A stretch of 64,000 nucleotides of DNA from a phage, in assembly GCA_036253035.1 (NCBI GenBank), contig GCA_036253035.1_4123.1; one strand, given 5' to 3'. Made by a program: the position numbers and the translations under genes. Of the stretch, positions 25,450 through 33,945 are shown piece after piece. Every line of letters starts with the position of its first letter. Within the stretch, counting starts at the first letter, position 1. A model generated the notes under the pieces. That model was not told where the DNA came from and ran no database searches. It was given only the letters and a program-made list of their open reading frames with translations.

Positions 25450-25662
25450 TTAGTTAATGATAGTCAGTGTAAAATTGTAATCCCCTGCCTGGTATAGTAC
25501 TTTGTCGCCGAATGTACCAACACGTTTCATATTGCAATAGATACCCATAACACTTTTTACATCTTTGATATTCCGAACGCCTGTGATATCCTTGTTGAAA
25601 TTTTCATGATCAGAAAATAAAACTTGTTTTGCATTTTTCAGTACAGTGCAGATATTAGCCAT
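25450..25662 (-). CDS. hypothetical protein (70 aa)
   Basis: ATG with AGAGAG RBS; 5' hairpin GGGGAGAACTATTCTCCCC; TTGACA-N16-TATAAT. Confidence 0.6.
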   Translation of the reverse strand: MANICTVLKNAKQVLFSDHENFNKDITGVRNIKDVKSVMGIYCNMKRVGTFGDKVLYQAGDYNFTLTIIN

Positions 25663-25755
25663 TTTGATTTCTCTCTGTTTGTGGGGAGAACTATTCTCCC
25701 CTTGATGTAACTTATTATACAGTACTATAATCTATTGTCAAACTATTTTTTAATA

Positions 25756-26097
25756 TTATTCAAAATCTTCTGGACCGGACTGATAATCATCTTCACCGTA
25801 TGCACTTTCTAACTTCTCGCCAGTGTGATCATCAGTTAGTGAGTCATCCTCATAGTTCACGTCTACGCCTACAATGTAAAACTGGCTATCGTCTGGATCA
25901 TTGAAATTAATTTTCTGAATGTTTACAATAACGGTATTGATGCCCAGGACACCGCCATCAGCAGTTACAAAGTACTGATATTTTTCACAACCGCCTGAAT
26001 TGAAACCGTAATTAATTTCGGCCCGACCATCATTTAAACGCAGTGCCTGGGCGATGATTTCATTTTCAAAGTTAGATTGAGCAATTGAGATAGTCAT
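25756..26097 (-). CDS. hypothetical protein with strongly acidic C-terminal tail
   Basis: C-terminus rich in D/E (DDDSLTDDHTGEKLESAYGEDDYQSGPEDFE); ATG with AAGGAAA RBS; hairpin. Confidence 0.6.
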   Translation of the reverse strand: MTISIAQSNFENEIIAQALRLNDGRAEINYGFNSGGCEKYQYFVTADGGVLGINTVIVNIQKINFNDPDDSQFYIVGVDVNYEDDSLTDDHTGEKLESAYGEDDYQSGPEDFE

Positions 26098-26281
26098 GAT
26101 TTGTTTCCTTATTACCAGGGGAAACCGTTTCCCCTTTCGATGTAAAACATTATACGCTTATTGAGATAGTTTGCAAGTACTTTTTAAAAATAGTTTTCAG
26201 TACTCAAACATTATATAATAGATACACTTATGCACCCTGTGGGCTAGTGAGCTATCTCTCAATGAATATATAATAGCAAAA

Positions 26282-26309
26282 TGGCTGACCGGAGTCAACC
26301 ACTTTTTTC
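26282..26309. terminator. intrinsic terminator hairpin (element family variant)
   Basis: GGCTGACCGGAGTCAACC + T6. Confidence 0.45.
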
Positions 26310-26537
26310 ATTTATTTTTAGCTTTTAGAATCGCCGCCTTTCGCGTCATGCCTTGCTTGATGTATTCCTGTACTTTCGCTTTACGTGCATTCGCTTTATT
26401 TGCTTTCGTAAACGCCGAACAACTTTTATAATTTAAGCCTGTTGGATTCATTTAAATCACCATAAAGAATAGATAGGTTACTAACAATGCCGCGATCAAT
26501 GCACCGACCAGGGCCGAACTATAGTAAGCTAATGATT

Positions 26538-26690
26538 TCATTTTTTAGCCTGAAAGTAATGTTTAATTTGTGCGGCGGTCAGTGCACAATTACGCAGGAA
26601 GTTTTCTGTATAACTGCGGCGAGTACTGAAAGAGAATTGACCTTTGCCGTTACCGATAGTAACATCAAACCGAGCGTTGTATTGTTTCAT
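26538..26690 (-). CDS. hypothetical small protein (50 aa)
   Basis: Start moved to ATG of MKQYNARF with AGGAGA RBS; track extension runs through hairpin. Confidence 0.5.
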   Translation of the reverse strand: MKQYNARFDVTIGNGKGQFSFSTRRSYTENFLRNCALTAAQIKHYFQAKK

Positions 26691-26776
26691 TTTGATTCTC
26701 CTGTTATTGGGGAGAACCATTTCTCCCCTCTATGTAAAACATTATACGCGTTTAAAAACTAATTGCAAGTATTATT

Positions 26777-27028
26777 TTAAACTTTGTATTTTAAACTTTG
26801 TGCGACTAATTTCGCACGGTCAATCATATTCTGCCATTTTTGGATCTCTTCTGGTAGAAAACGATATTCACCAATTACAATAGTGATACACTGGTCAGCC
26901 TTGTCGATGTATGTGGTATCAATCTCTACTTGAACGGGTACACGTTCGCCGTACTCAGTCCCTGGGATAATGCAATCATTATCATAAGTTACAGTAGTAG
27001 CAGTGTCTTTGATTAAAATTGTTTCCAT
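26777..27028 (-). CDS. hypothetical protein (83 aa)
   Basis: ATG with GAGGAAAG RBS; 5' hairpin AGGGGAACGTTTTCCCCT. Confidence 0.6.
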   Translation of the reverse strand: METILIKDTATTVTYDNDCIIPGTEYGERVPVQVEIDTTYIDKADQCITIVIGEYRFLPEEIQKWQNMIDRAKLVAQSLKYKV

Positions 27029-27110
27029 TATACTTTCCTCGTTAGGTGTAAGGGGAACGTTTTCCCCTTCATGTAAACTATTATACAGTACTAAAAACTA
27101 ATTGCAAGTA

Positions 27111-27257
27111 CTATTTTTTAGATTTACGCAAACTTTCTACCATCTCAGGAGTAAGGCCAGGCGGGTAGGAAACCACTTCATCAACGAAACGTAAAGGGAA
27201 TACCCCAGCGAAAGGTGAACGTGCTTTCTTAGTATTACTCTTTTTTGATGCTTTCAT
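27111..27257 (-). CDS. hypothetical basic small protein (48 aa, below track cutoff)
   Basis: Manually translated MKASKKSNTKKARSPF...; hairpin and TTGCAA-type promoter upstream. Confidence 0.45.
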   Translation of the reverse strand: MKASKKSNTKKARSPFAGVFPLRFVDEVVSYPPGLTPEMVESLRKSKK

Positions 27258-27326
27258 TTCATATTCCTTAATTAGTGGGGAGAATCATTTCTCCCCTTCA
27301 TGTAAAACATTATACGCGTTTAAAAA

Positions 27327-27536
27327 CTAATTGCAAGTACTATTTGAAAGTAAATGCTCATACGCTGCATTAACTACGTTTTCAATAACCGACTGTACAG
27401 AAAGATCCCCCACGTCCTGGCTATAGTAGAAATCGCTTACAGTGGTGTCATCGTATGCAAATACTTTACCAGGTACTGCATCAATCACATACATATTAAC
27501 CTTTAAGATGTCGATCTTATCCTGTACAGTAAGCAT
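27327..27536 (-). CDS. hypothetical protein (69 aa)
   Basis: ATG with AAAGGT RBS, adjacent to upstream stop. Confidence 0.5.
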   Translation of the reverse strand: MLTVQDKIDILKVNMYVIDAVPGKVFAYDDTTVSDFYYSQDVGDLSVQSVIENVVNAAYEHLLSNSTCN

Positions 27537-27541
27537 ATTAA

Positions 27542-27814
27542 TTAACCTTTTAAGTACTGGCTTAAGTAGTCTTGTTGATCTTCGGTGATTGCAGCCATCT
27601 TCCCTAGTACTGGATTGATGATATAATCCCCTGTAACGTCCTGTAACGCATTCTCAGGCGGTTTAACGGCTGGGGTAGCCATAGCCATTGCCTGGACTTG
27701 TTCGACGCTGTAACGCTCATAAAGGCGGCATTCTTCCGGTGTTAACATAGCATCAGTACGCTTCATCGGTTTAATGATGCTTTCGATCTCATTCAGTACT
27801 TGATTAACGTTCAT
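27542..27814 (-). CDS. hypothetical protein (90 aa)
   Basis: ATG with GGGGA RBS. Confidence 0.55.
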   Translation of the reverse strand: MNVNQVLNEIESIIKPMKRTDAMLTPEECRLYERYSVEQVQAMAMATPAVKPPENALQDVTGDYIINPVLGKMAAITEDQQDYLSQYLKG

Positions 27815-27865
27815 GGTATAATCCCCAATATAAGCGGCCTAAATCGACCGCTAACGATGTTTTGA

Positions 27866-28135
27866 TTAATAGGTGTATGGTTGACGCTCAAACAATGATT
27901 GCACGTTGTACGCCCCGCTAATGGGCTTTGCTGGCAAATCAATTTTATATTGTTCACGCTTAAAAATAATAAAACGGCAATTGTTTTTAACATCAAAATT
28001 GATTGAACGTTCCAATAGCTTTCCTTCGTGTACAAATACAAGATAACCGCTTGCTACTTGTTTTGTAGTACTGGTTGCAACCATTGACCGACGAACATGA
28101 GTACCTGCATCGATTAAAGTACTGATATTTTTCAT
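27866..28135 (-). CDS. hypothetical protein (89 aa)
   Basis: ATG with AGAGGA RBS; preferred over overlapping alternate-frame 27811..28041. Confidence 0.55.
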   Translation of the reverse strand: MKNISTLIDAGTHVRRSMVATSTTKQVASGYLVFVHEGKLLERSINFDVKNNCRFIIFKREQYKIDLPAKPISGAYNVQSLFERQPYTY

Positions 28136-28215
28136 TTTACTATCCTCTTAATTTGATTTAATTTCTTTCCCCTATGCAGACACTATATCAAAGTATCTGC
28201 ATAAAGTAAAGCTAA

Positions 28216-28560
28216 TTAAAGATCTTTTTTGCGTTTAACATCAGTTACCGAACTGTAAACAGTGATATTATTGTCACGGCAAAAACGGGAAAGATAAGAA
28301 CCGCGTAAAAACTCTTTATCTTCCATATTAATAACCTTGCTAAATTCTTCCATTGCTACAGTGTCAAAGTGATCCCCGTATCCATATTGGAACGGCACGT
28401 TTACTACTTCAATAAAATTACCATCAATTTCTACGTCTACACTTAAAGAGAAATAAGTGTTACCATATGAAGCCTGGAACCAACGCCGAGCGGCAATATG
28501 TACAACTTCAACAGAAGACAGGTTGATATTTTGTGCTGAGATAGTGTTGATGTTAGCCAT
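28216..28560 (-). CDS. hypothetical protein; paralog of 21009..21332
   Basis: Shared GNTY(H/F)S, YGYG, DVKRKKD; AGAGGAAA RBS; TTGACA-N17-CATAAT. Confidence 0.65.
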   Translation of the reverse strand: MANINTISAQNINLSSVEVVHIAARRWFQASYGNTYFSLSVDVEIDGNFIEVVNVPFQYGYGDHFDTVAMEEFSKVINMEDKEFLRGSYLSRFCRDNNITVYSSVTDVKRKKDL

Positions 28561-28641
28561 TTTAATTTCCTCTTAGTTGTCTTGATAAAATCTATTATGC
28601 CAGTACTATCAATCTATGTCAATAGTACTGTGATAATAATT

Positions 28642-28854
28642 TTACTTACTTTGCTTTGATGCTTTATGTTGTGCAACTGCCATCACTACATCAGTACGAA
28701 CAAAGTTAGCAACCGTATCAGTATAATATTTGATTGCATCGTCAATATCTGCGAACATCCGATACATTCCGCACCATGATACTTTATAACCCGCTTTCAC
28801 TTGTTCAAGTTTAACCAGTGAATTGTTTACTTTGATTTTTGTAATGATAGCCAT
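28642..28854 (-). CDS. hypothetical protein (70 aa)
   Basis: ATG with AGAGGAAA RBS; promoter/UTR is ~85-bp direct duplicate of the one upstream of 28216..28560. Confidence 0.6.
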   Translation of the reverse strand: MAIITKIKVNNSLVKLEQVKAGYKVSWCGMYRMFADIDDAIKYYTDTVANFVRTDVVMAVAQHKASKQSK

Positions 28855-28936
28855 TTTCTTTTTCCTCTTAGTTGTCTTGATAAAATCTATTATGCCAGTA
28901 CTATCAATCTATGTCAATAGTACTGTGATAATAATT

Positions 28937-29080
28937 TTACTTACTTTTTGCTTTCTTTACAGCTTCCACCTGGTCGGCCCACTCTTTACCCCATACTTGA
29001 GCGTTATAGTGATACTGACAAAGAGCAACGCCCCGTTTCAAACCAGTGATAGATTTTTTACCACATTGACAAGTTTTCAT
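28937..29080 (-). CDS. hypothetical Cys-containing small protein (47 aa, below track cutoff)
   Basis: Manually translated MKTCQCGKKSITGLKRGVALCQYHYN...; 5' hairpin and promoter upstream. Confidence 0.45.
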   Translation of the reverse strand: MKTCQCGKKSITGLKRGVALCQYHYNAQVWGKEWADQVEAVKKAKSK

Positions 29081-29166
29081 TTTTAGTTTCCTCTTAGTGG
29101 GGAGAATCATTTCTCCCCTTGATGTAATGTATTATACTTTATCTGATTTACTTTGCAAGTACTTTT

Positions 29167-29394
29167 TTAATTTAATTCATCCAGGCAAAGGATACGATCT
29201 ACACCTAAATCAGTTAAGCTAATAGACGGCACTTGATAGGTTTCAATGTATTCTACACTAGCCCACTGACCGAACTCATTCACCGCCCAGGTATTCATTG
29301 CAAAATGTAATTCCGCACCTTTCTTATTAGTAATTACAGCAACAGTGCTAGAAGTGCCAGTAGTGCCAGATACGTAAGTAATGATGATAGCCAT
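29167..29394 (-). CDS. hypothetical protein (75 aa)
   Basis: ATG with AGAAGGA RBS; TTGACA-N16-TATAAT. Confidence 0.6.
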   Translation of the reverse strand: MAIIITYVSGTTGTSSTVAVITNKKGAELHFAMNTWAVNEFGQWASVEYIETYQVPSISLTDLGVDRILCLDELN

Positions 29395-29463
29395 TTTTTA
29401 AATCCTTCTCAGTAGTTGATGTAAAATATTATACAGTACTTAAAACTATTGTCAAACTATTTT

Positions 29464-29616
29464 TTAAAGACTATCTACGATAGCTGCCGTTTCAATAATA
29501 GACTTACCTTTTTTTGAACATGCAATAACTGCTTTAAATTCCTTTGATGACCAATCTTTCTTGCTGCATACTGACATTACTTGTAACGTGAAACAATCCA
29601 GTTCATAAGTATTCAT
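29464..29616 (-). CDS. hypothetical small protein (50 aa, below track cutoff)
   Basis: Manually translated MNTYELDCFTLQVMSVCSKK...; GAGGA RBS; TTGCAC-N16-TATAAT. Confidence 0.45.
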   Translation of the reverse strand: MNTYELDCFTLQVMSVCSKKDWSSKEFKAVIACSKKGKSIIETAAIVDSL

Positions 29617-29848
29617 CTTTAAATCCTCAGTTAGTTAAGGTGTCTTGCCTTGATGTAACTAATTATACGCCTTTCTCTTAATCGTGCAAGTACTTTTTAT
29701 TACTTTTTGCAAAATACTTTAAACGCTCTCAATCGCATTCTAACGGCCTTAACTCCACCAGCTAGGGCGATGCATCAGATAATCAGTTTAATGCGTTAGA
29801 ATCGATTCTATGAGGTGCTGACGGCATGGAATACTATAGACACAAAAA

Positions 29849-29869
29849 AGCCCACTGTATAAGTGGGCT
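29849..29869 (-). terminator. rho-independent terminator (minus strand)
   Basis: AGCCCACTTATACAGTGGGCT followed on minus strand by U6; downstream of gene 29891..30373. Confidence 0.65.
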
Positions 29870-29890
29870 AGTGATTCAGTACTTTAAATG

Positions 29891-30373
29891 TTATGCTTCA
29901 ATTTTGCGGTGAGATTCGATCCATTCCTCGCGAGTCATACCGCTTTCTTTGATTGCATCCAGTACTACCGCAATGCAGTTACCGCGTACAGGAATCAAAT
30001 GTTCTTCCCCGTTATCAAGGACAACAGTAACACGTTCTTGAATCCATTTTTTAGGCTTAGATTCCGGCTTATCTTCACCGTACTTAACCGCCAGGGCTTT
30101 ATGTGCCATTTCAATAACCACTTCCAGATCTAAACCAGACACCGCCGCCTGAATACTTTCTATTGTTGCTTGCAGTTCTGCTTCACGGGCTTTTTTCTGT
30201 TCTTCCAGTTCTGCTACCTTTTTGGCTTGTAGTTCTTTCGCTTCACTGTAAGCAATGTTAAAATTGTTGCGTACTGCTTTCATGGTATCATTATCCAGGT
30301 CAGCCAGCAATTCAGCAGCAATAACAGTATCGTTAGAAATCAGTGCTTTCAGAAATGATTTTACATTAGCCAT
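29891..30373 (-). CDS. hypothetical coiled-coil-rich protein (160 aa)
   Basis: Start moved to ATG of MANVKSFL with GAGGA RBS; long conserved leader upstream. Confidence 0.6.
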   Translation of the reverse strand: MANVKSFLKALISNDTVIAAELLADLDNDTMKAVRNNFNIAYSEAKELQAKKVAELEEQKKAREAELQATIESIQAAVSGLDLEVVIEMAHKALAVKYGEDKPESKPKKWIQERVTVVLDNGEEHLIPVRGNCIAVVLDAIKESGMTREEWIESHRKIEA

Positions 30374-30574
30374 TTTATAAATCCTCAATTAAAGTTTAAG
30401 TTAGTTTATCAAAGTTTGTTTGACGTGTCCAGTTTTTCATTCGACTTACTGGCGGTCTACTTAATGTTCCCCGTCTTGATGTAATACATTCTACGCTTTT
30501 CCCTGGTAATGTCAACTACTTTTTTAAAACTATTTTCAAAGTATACCAGTACTACGATACTACAAAAACAAAAA

Positions 30575-30595
30575 AGCCCACTGTATAAGTGGGCT
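30575..30595 (-). terminator. rho-independent terminator (minus strand)
   Basis: Identical hairpin to 29849 copy, U-run on minus strand; downstream of gene 30613..30912. Confidence 0.65.
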
Positions 30596-30612
30596 AGTGA
30601 TTCAGTACTATA

Positions 30613-30912
30613 TTATAAACAATTAATTACGCCAGTGAATGTAACTTTCTCTGTATCCATTACAGTGACAGAACCGCGTTTACTTTTTGCATCGTAATAG
30701 ATGGTCGTGCTACCCTGATCATCTTCTTCATGGTACGGGCCATTAGCAAACATTGCAGGGGCCAGTTCCAGGGATTTGGTAACGATCTCAGCCGTTTCCT
30801 CGTTAGTCATTGCAACAGTGCACTGAATGAATTTTTCTTTCGGTACATCAACGGAAGCGTTAACAGCGAAAGAGGAAACAGATAAAGCCAGGGCGATGAT
30901 TGCAGTTTTCAT
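30613..30912 (-). CDS. putative secreted/periplasmic protein with N-terminal signal peptide
   Basis: MKTAIIALALSVSSFAVNA = basic n-region, hydrophobic core, AxA-like cleavage site; TTGATA-N16-TATAAT. Confidence 0.6.
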   Translation of the reverse strand: MKTAIIALALSVSSFAVNASVDVPKEKFIQCTVAMTNEETAEIVTKSLELAPAMFANGPYHEEDDQGSTTIYYDAKSKRGSVTVMDTEKVTFTGVINCL

Positions 30913-31024
30913 TTGTATATCCTTTGTTAGTACTAGGGAGTATTCCCGATTAGATGTAAAACATTATACGCATTTAAAAACTATTATCAAGTACTTTAAT
31001 ATAAAAGTATTTGAAAAAAAAGTC

Positions 31025-31053
31025 TTGACAACTGCATCCAGTACTGGCATAAT
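31025..31053 (+). promoter_or_regulatory. plus-strand sigma70-like promoter (TTGACA-N17-CATAAT)
   Basis: -35 at 31025-31030, -10 at 31048-31053; downstream transcript would carry dyad ACCCACAGGGTGC and end at hairpin 31134-31151. Confidence 0.5.
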
Positions 31054-31059
31054 ACTTAC

Positions 31060-31160
31060 ATAAAGACGAGATAGTCACTAACCCACAGGGTGCATAGATC
31101 CGTCTATTAAATGATTCAGTACTGCAAAATAAAGGGGATCGTTTGATCCCCTCTGTATTA
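31060..31160 (+). ncRNA. candidate small non-coding RNA (~100 nt)
   Basis: Region between plus-strand promoter and hairpin/U-rich tract; no ORF; contains family dyad motif. Confidence 0.3.
31134..31151. terminator. bidirectional terminator hairpin
   Basis: GGGGATCGTTTGATCCCC flanked by A/T-rich tracts on both sides; downstream of minus gene 31158..31379. Confidence 0.5.
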
Positions 31161-31379
31161 CTTAGTAAGATATAAACAAAAATCACCTTTCTTTGCTACG
31201 CCGCCAGTGTAACGCGATGAATAGTTAGAAACGTCTTGCACTTCTGCAATGACGAGCGTATCATCATTTATTTCGTCGCAAAAACATACTGCGGGATCTT
31301 CTACGCCAATATTGTCAGCATGTGCCCGCATAGATTTAACCAGTGCTTCAAGCTGGGAAAGAGTAGTGATATTAGCCAT
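31158..31379 (-). CDS. hypothetical protein (73 aa)
   Basis: ATG with AAGGAG RBS; hairpin; TTGCAA-N16-TATAAT. Confidence 0.6.
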   Translation of the reverse strand: MANITTLSQLEALVKSMRAHADNIGVEDPAVCFCDEINDDTLVIAEVQDVSNYSSRYTGGVAKKGDFCLYLTK

Positions 31380-31466
31380 TGTAAAACTCCTTATTAGTGG
31401 GGAGAACCATTTCTCCCCTTGATGTAAACTATTATACAGTACTGGAAACTAATTGCAAGTACTTTT

Positions 31467-31670
31467 TTAATTTAATTGCTTTAAAACATAATCAAAGACA
31501 CCACGCACATCATTGATCATCGCCTGGCGGTTAGCAGGTAACGCATCAGGATCGCCACTATCCCAGGCATTAATGAAGCCACCTAAATCATGGAATACTT
31601 TATTCCGTAACCCGATCAACTGCAATTCTTTTTCTTCAAGCTCTTTGATACGTTTAATTAAATCACTCAT
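31467..31670 (-). CDS. hypothetical protein (67 aa)
   Basis: Start moved to ATG of MSDLIKRI with GAGGA RBS. Confidence 0.55.
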   Translation of the reverse strand: MSDLIKRIKELEEKELQLIGLRNKVFHDLGGFINAWDSGDPDALPANRQAMINDVRGVFDYVLKQLN

Positions 31671-31687
31671 TAGATAATCCTCAGTAC

Positions 31688-31972
31688 TCAATTGTAAGAT
31701 CCGCAACGGTCGCAGTAGTGCCCGTCCTCGTCATCTTCTACCACTTGCCCGATGAAATGATCTACTTTCGCTTTCAGGTTATTATAATCGTTTTCTACTT
31801 CCTTTAAACGCTTCTGGTAGTATTCCAGTGCTTTAAGATATGCCGCATCAGTAGTTTTCTCCTGCATAGCTAAATTCATGCCACGCGTTTCATCGTACAG
31901 CCAAAAACCATCGGTGCACTCACTTATAGACAATGACTTGCTTAACACATTGTACTTTATTACTTTACTCAT
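31688..31972 (-). CDS. hypothetical protein with C-terminal CxxC (94 aa)
   Basis: ATG with GAGGA RBS; ends ...HYCDRCGSYN. Confidence 0.6.
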   Translation of the reverse strand: MSKVIKYNVLSKSLSISECTDGFWLYDETRGMNLAMQEKTTDAAYLKALEYYQKRLKEVENDYNNLKAKVDHFIGQVVEDDEDGHYCDRCGSYN

Positions 31973-32057
31973 TAGATAATCCTCAGTAAAGGCGGGAACT
32001 ATTCCCGCTCTCGATATAAAGTATTATACGTTAATCTAATTACTTTGCAAGTACTTT

Positions 32058-32294
32058 TTAGTGCTTTTTATAAAACATCTCAGCGGTGATATTTTTACCC
32101 GTTGGTTGTACTTTATCCAGGATCTTTTGGTGTGCACTACGCCCGAAAGAATAAGAACCGTAAACCGTTAGCCAGTAGTCGCCATTTTGGTTTACATGTA
32201 CCGCACAATAGGGAACGCCCCGCGAATCGTCACCAATGAAGTGTGATACTGTACCCGTTACGTTTGGTGTTGTAGTTTTGATTTGTTCGATCAT
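32058..32294 (-). CDS. hypothetical protein (78 aa)
   Basis: Start moved to ATG of MIEQIKTT with AGGAG RBS. Confidence 0.55.
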   Translation of the reverse strand: MIEQIKTTTPNVTGTVSHFIGDDSRGVPYCAVHVNQNGDYWLTVYGSYSFGRSAHQKILDKVQPTGKNITAEMFYKKH

Positions 32295-32352
32295 TTCTCT
32301 TACTCCTGGGATATAGGCGGGAACCATTCCCCGCCATTGATTCAGTACTGAA

Positions 32353-32964
32353 TTAATATGCGATAGATTCTACTACATCGTCGATAACGTTAAATTGATA
32401 TTCGTTACCCTCGATCAGTGCTACAATGTTTTCAGTAGTAAACTGGTCTTCATAAGCATTTTCTAAATCACGGTACAGCTTACAAGATAATTCTCGGATA
32501 GTATCAGTCAGTAAGTTTTCCAGATCCTCAGCTAATGCAGCCTGTTTTACAGTTAAATCAGTGTAGCGAGTATCAACGCAACCGCCTACCGTGTTTTCGT
32601 GTGCATAACGCGATTGGGAACGTTCTACACTCATTTCCAAATCATCTTCGTTCAACAGGTGACGGATGGAACGATATTTCGTTAACGCCTTAACCTTGCG
32701 TAAAAACTTCTCAGCGTCAACGTGGTCAGTACTGATTGATGCACCGTCACCTTGCGACCAAAAACCACTGTATTGCAATTCAGCTTCATCTATGCCGTAT
32801 TCTGGTAGTACTGTTTCTTTATAGTATTCCAGTACTGATTCAGCAAAGAAATTATCCTCACTTGCACGTTCCCGATCCCGAACCAGTTCGATAGCCGCCG
32901 TTTGTTGTTCTGCGTTCAGTTCAGAAAAAGCCATAACAAAAGTAGTAGTAGTGATAGTTTTCAT
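32353..32964 (-). CDS. hypothetical acidic protein (203 aa)
   Basis: Start moved to ATG of MKTITTTT with GAGGGT RBS; D/E-rich; conserved long leader upstream. Confidence 0.6.
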   Translation of the reverse strand: MKTITTTTFVMAFSELNAEQQTAAIELVRDRERASEDNFFAESVLEYYKETVLPEYGIDEAELQYSGFWSQGDGASISTDHVDAEKFLRKVKALTKYRSIRHLLNEDDLEMSVERSQSRYAHENTVGGCVDTRYTDLTVKQAALAEDLENLLTDTIRELSCKLYRDLENAYEDQFTTENIVALIEGNEYQFNVIDDVVESIAY

Positions 32965-33263
32965 TTTGTAACCCTCATTCATTAGTTGATGTAAGTATTA
33001 TACGCTTTTACTTTCTATTGTCAAACTATTTTATCAGGGGAGTTTTTCATACGTCTTACTCCTGGACTACTTAACAGGGAGTTACTTATTTCATTCCCCG
33101 TCCTGATGTAAAACATTATACGCCTTTAAACATAGTTTGCAAGTACTTTTTGAAAATAGTTTTTAGTACTTTCCTATAGATACACTCCCGCACCCTATGG
33201 GCTATCGCCTTGTGTCCGGCTTGTAAGTATTATCTCACTAAGCCGGATAACGGTCAAGTACTT

Positions 33264-33530
33264 TTATTCAAGTACTGCAATCTTTTTAGTACTGTACACT
33301 GTAACGCGGTTGCCCTTGCGGTCGTGCTTTATTTCTACCACGCGACGCGATACACTATCAGGACGCTTTAAAGCAGATAGCCAGTACTGAATTGATCGGG
33401 CTGTACTTTGCTTTACTACGGCCCAACGTTTACCACGTTCAGATTGTACGCCCATATCTTTAAACGTCGCCCCGTCCTGGCGTGCGGCAATCCGAGCAAG
33501 TTCACGCGTTGCAAAGTATATAATATTCAT
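33264..33530 (-). CDS. hypothetical protein; paralog of 20514..20909
   Basis: Start moved to ATG of MNIIYFATREL; shares FATRE..ATFKDMG..HDRKGNRVTVYS. Confidence 0.6.
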   Translation of the reverse strand: MNIIYFATRELARIAARQDGATFKDMGVQSERGKRWAVVKQSTARSIQYWLSALKRPDSVSRRVVEIKHDRKGNRVTVYSTKKIAVLE

Positions 33531-33612
33531 GCTGTTACCCCTATCGTTGTTGTATAAAAGAAATCTATTATAAAGTACTATCACCGTGCAATAGTACTTT
33601 TAATCTATTCTC

Positions 33613-33852
33613 TTACATTCCAACCATCGCCGCACGGATCGCAGTAGTGCTATACTTAAAGCCGTCCGGTGTTTTATCTTGTCCAGTCTGTTCTAAAAAT
33701 AGCATCATATGACGGGCCGCATCATTACGATTAGTGTTAGCGGCAATAAAGTCCTGGGCCAACCGGTATAATGATTCGTCGTTATTAATCCAAAGGCTTA
33801 CATTCCATTGAGTTTTGTTTTTGTGACCTAAGAACATTTTTGATTTAGCCAT
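33613..33852 (-). CDS. hypothetical protein (79 aa)
   Basis: Start moved to ATG of MAKSKMFLG with AGAGGA RBS. Confidence 0.55.
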   Translation of the reverse strand: MAKSKMFLGHKNKTQWNVSLWINNDESLYRLAQDFIAANTNRNDAARHMMLFLEQTGQDKTPDGFKYSTTAIRAAMVGM

Positions 33853-33945
33853 TTTTTTAATCCTCTTATATAGTGGGGAACTATTCCCCACCTGATGTAA
33901 AACATTATACGCTTTTAAACTTAGTTTGCAAGTACTTTATTAAAC

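Noticed and set aside
27811-28041. Alternate-frame minus-strand ORFs (also 18832..19020, 6849..7058, 5350..5556, 57205..57402, 58493..58681, 59105..59305, 60798..60986, 61052..61237, 61499..61702, 63681..63947)
   Set aside because: Overlap a same-region ORF that has a better start context or paralog support.
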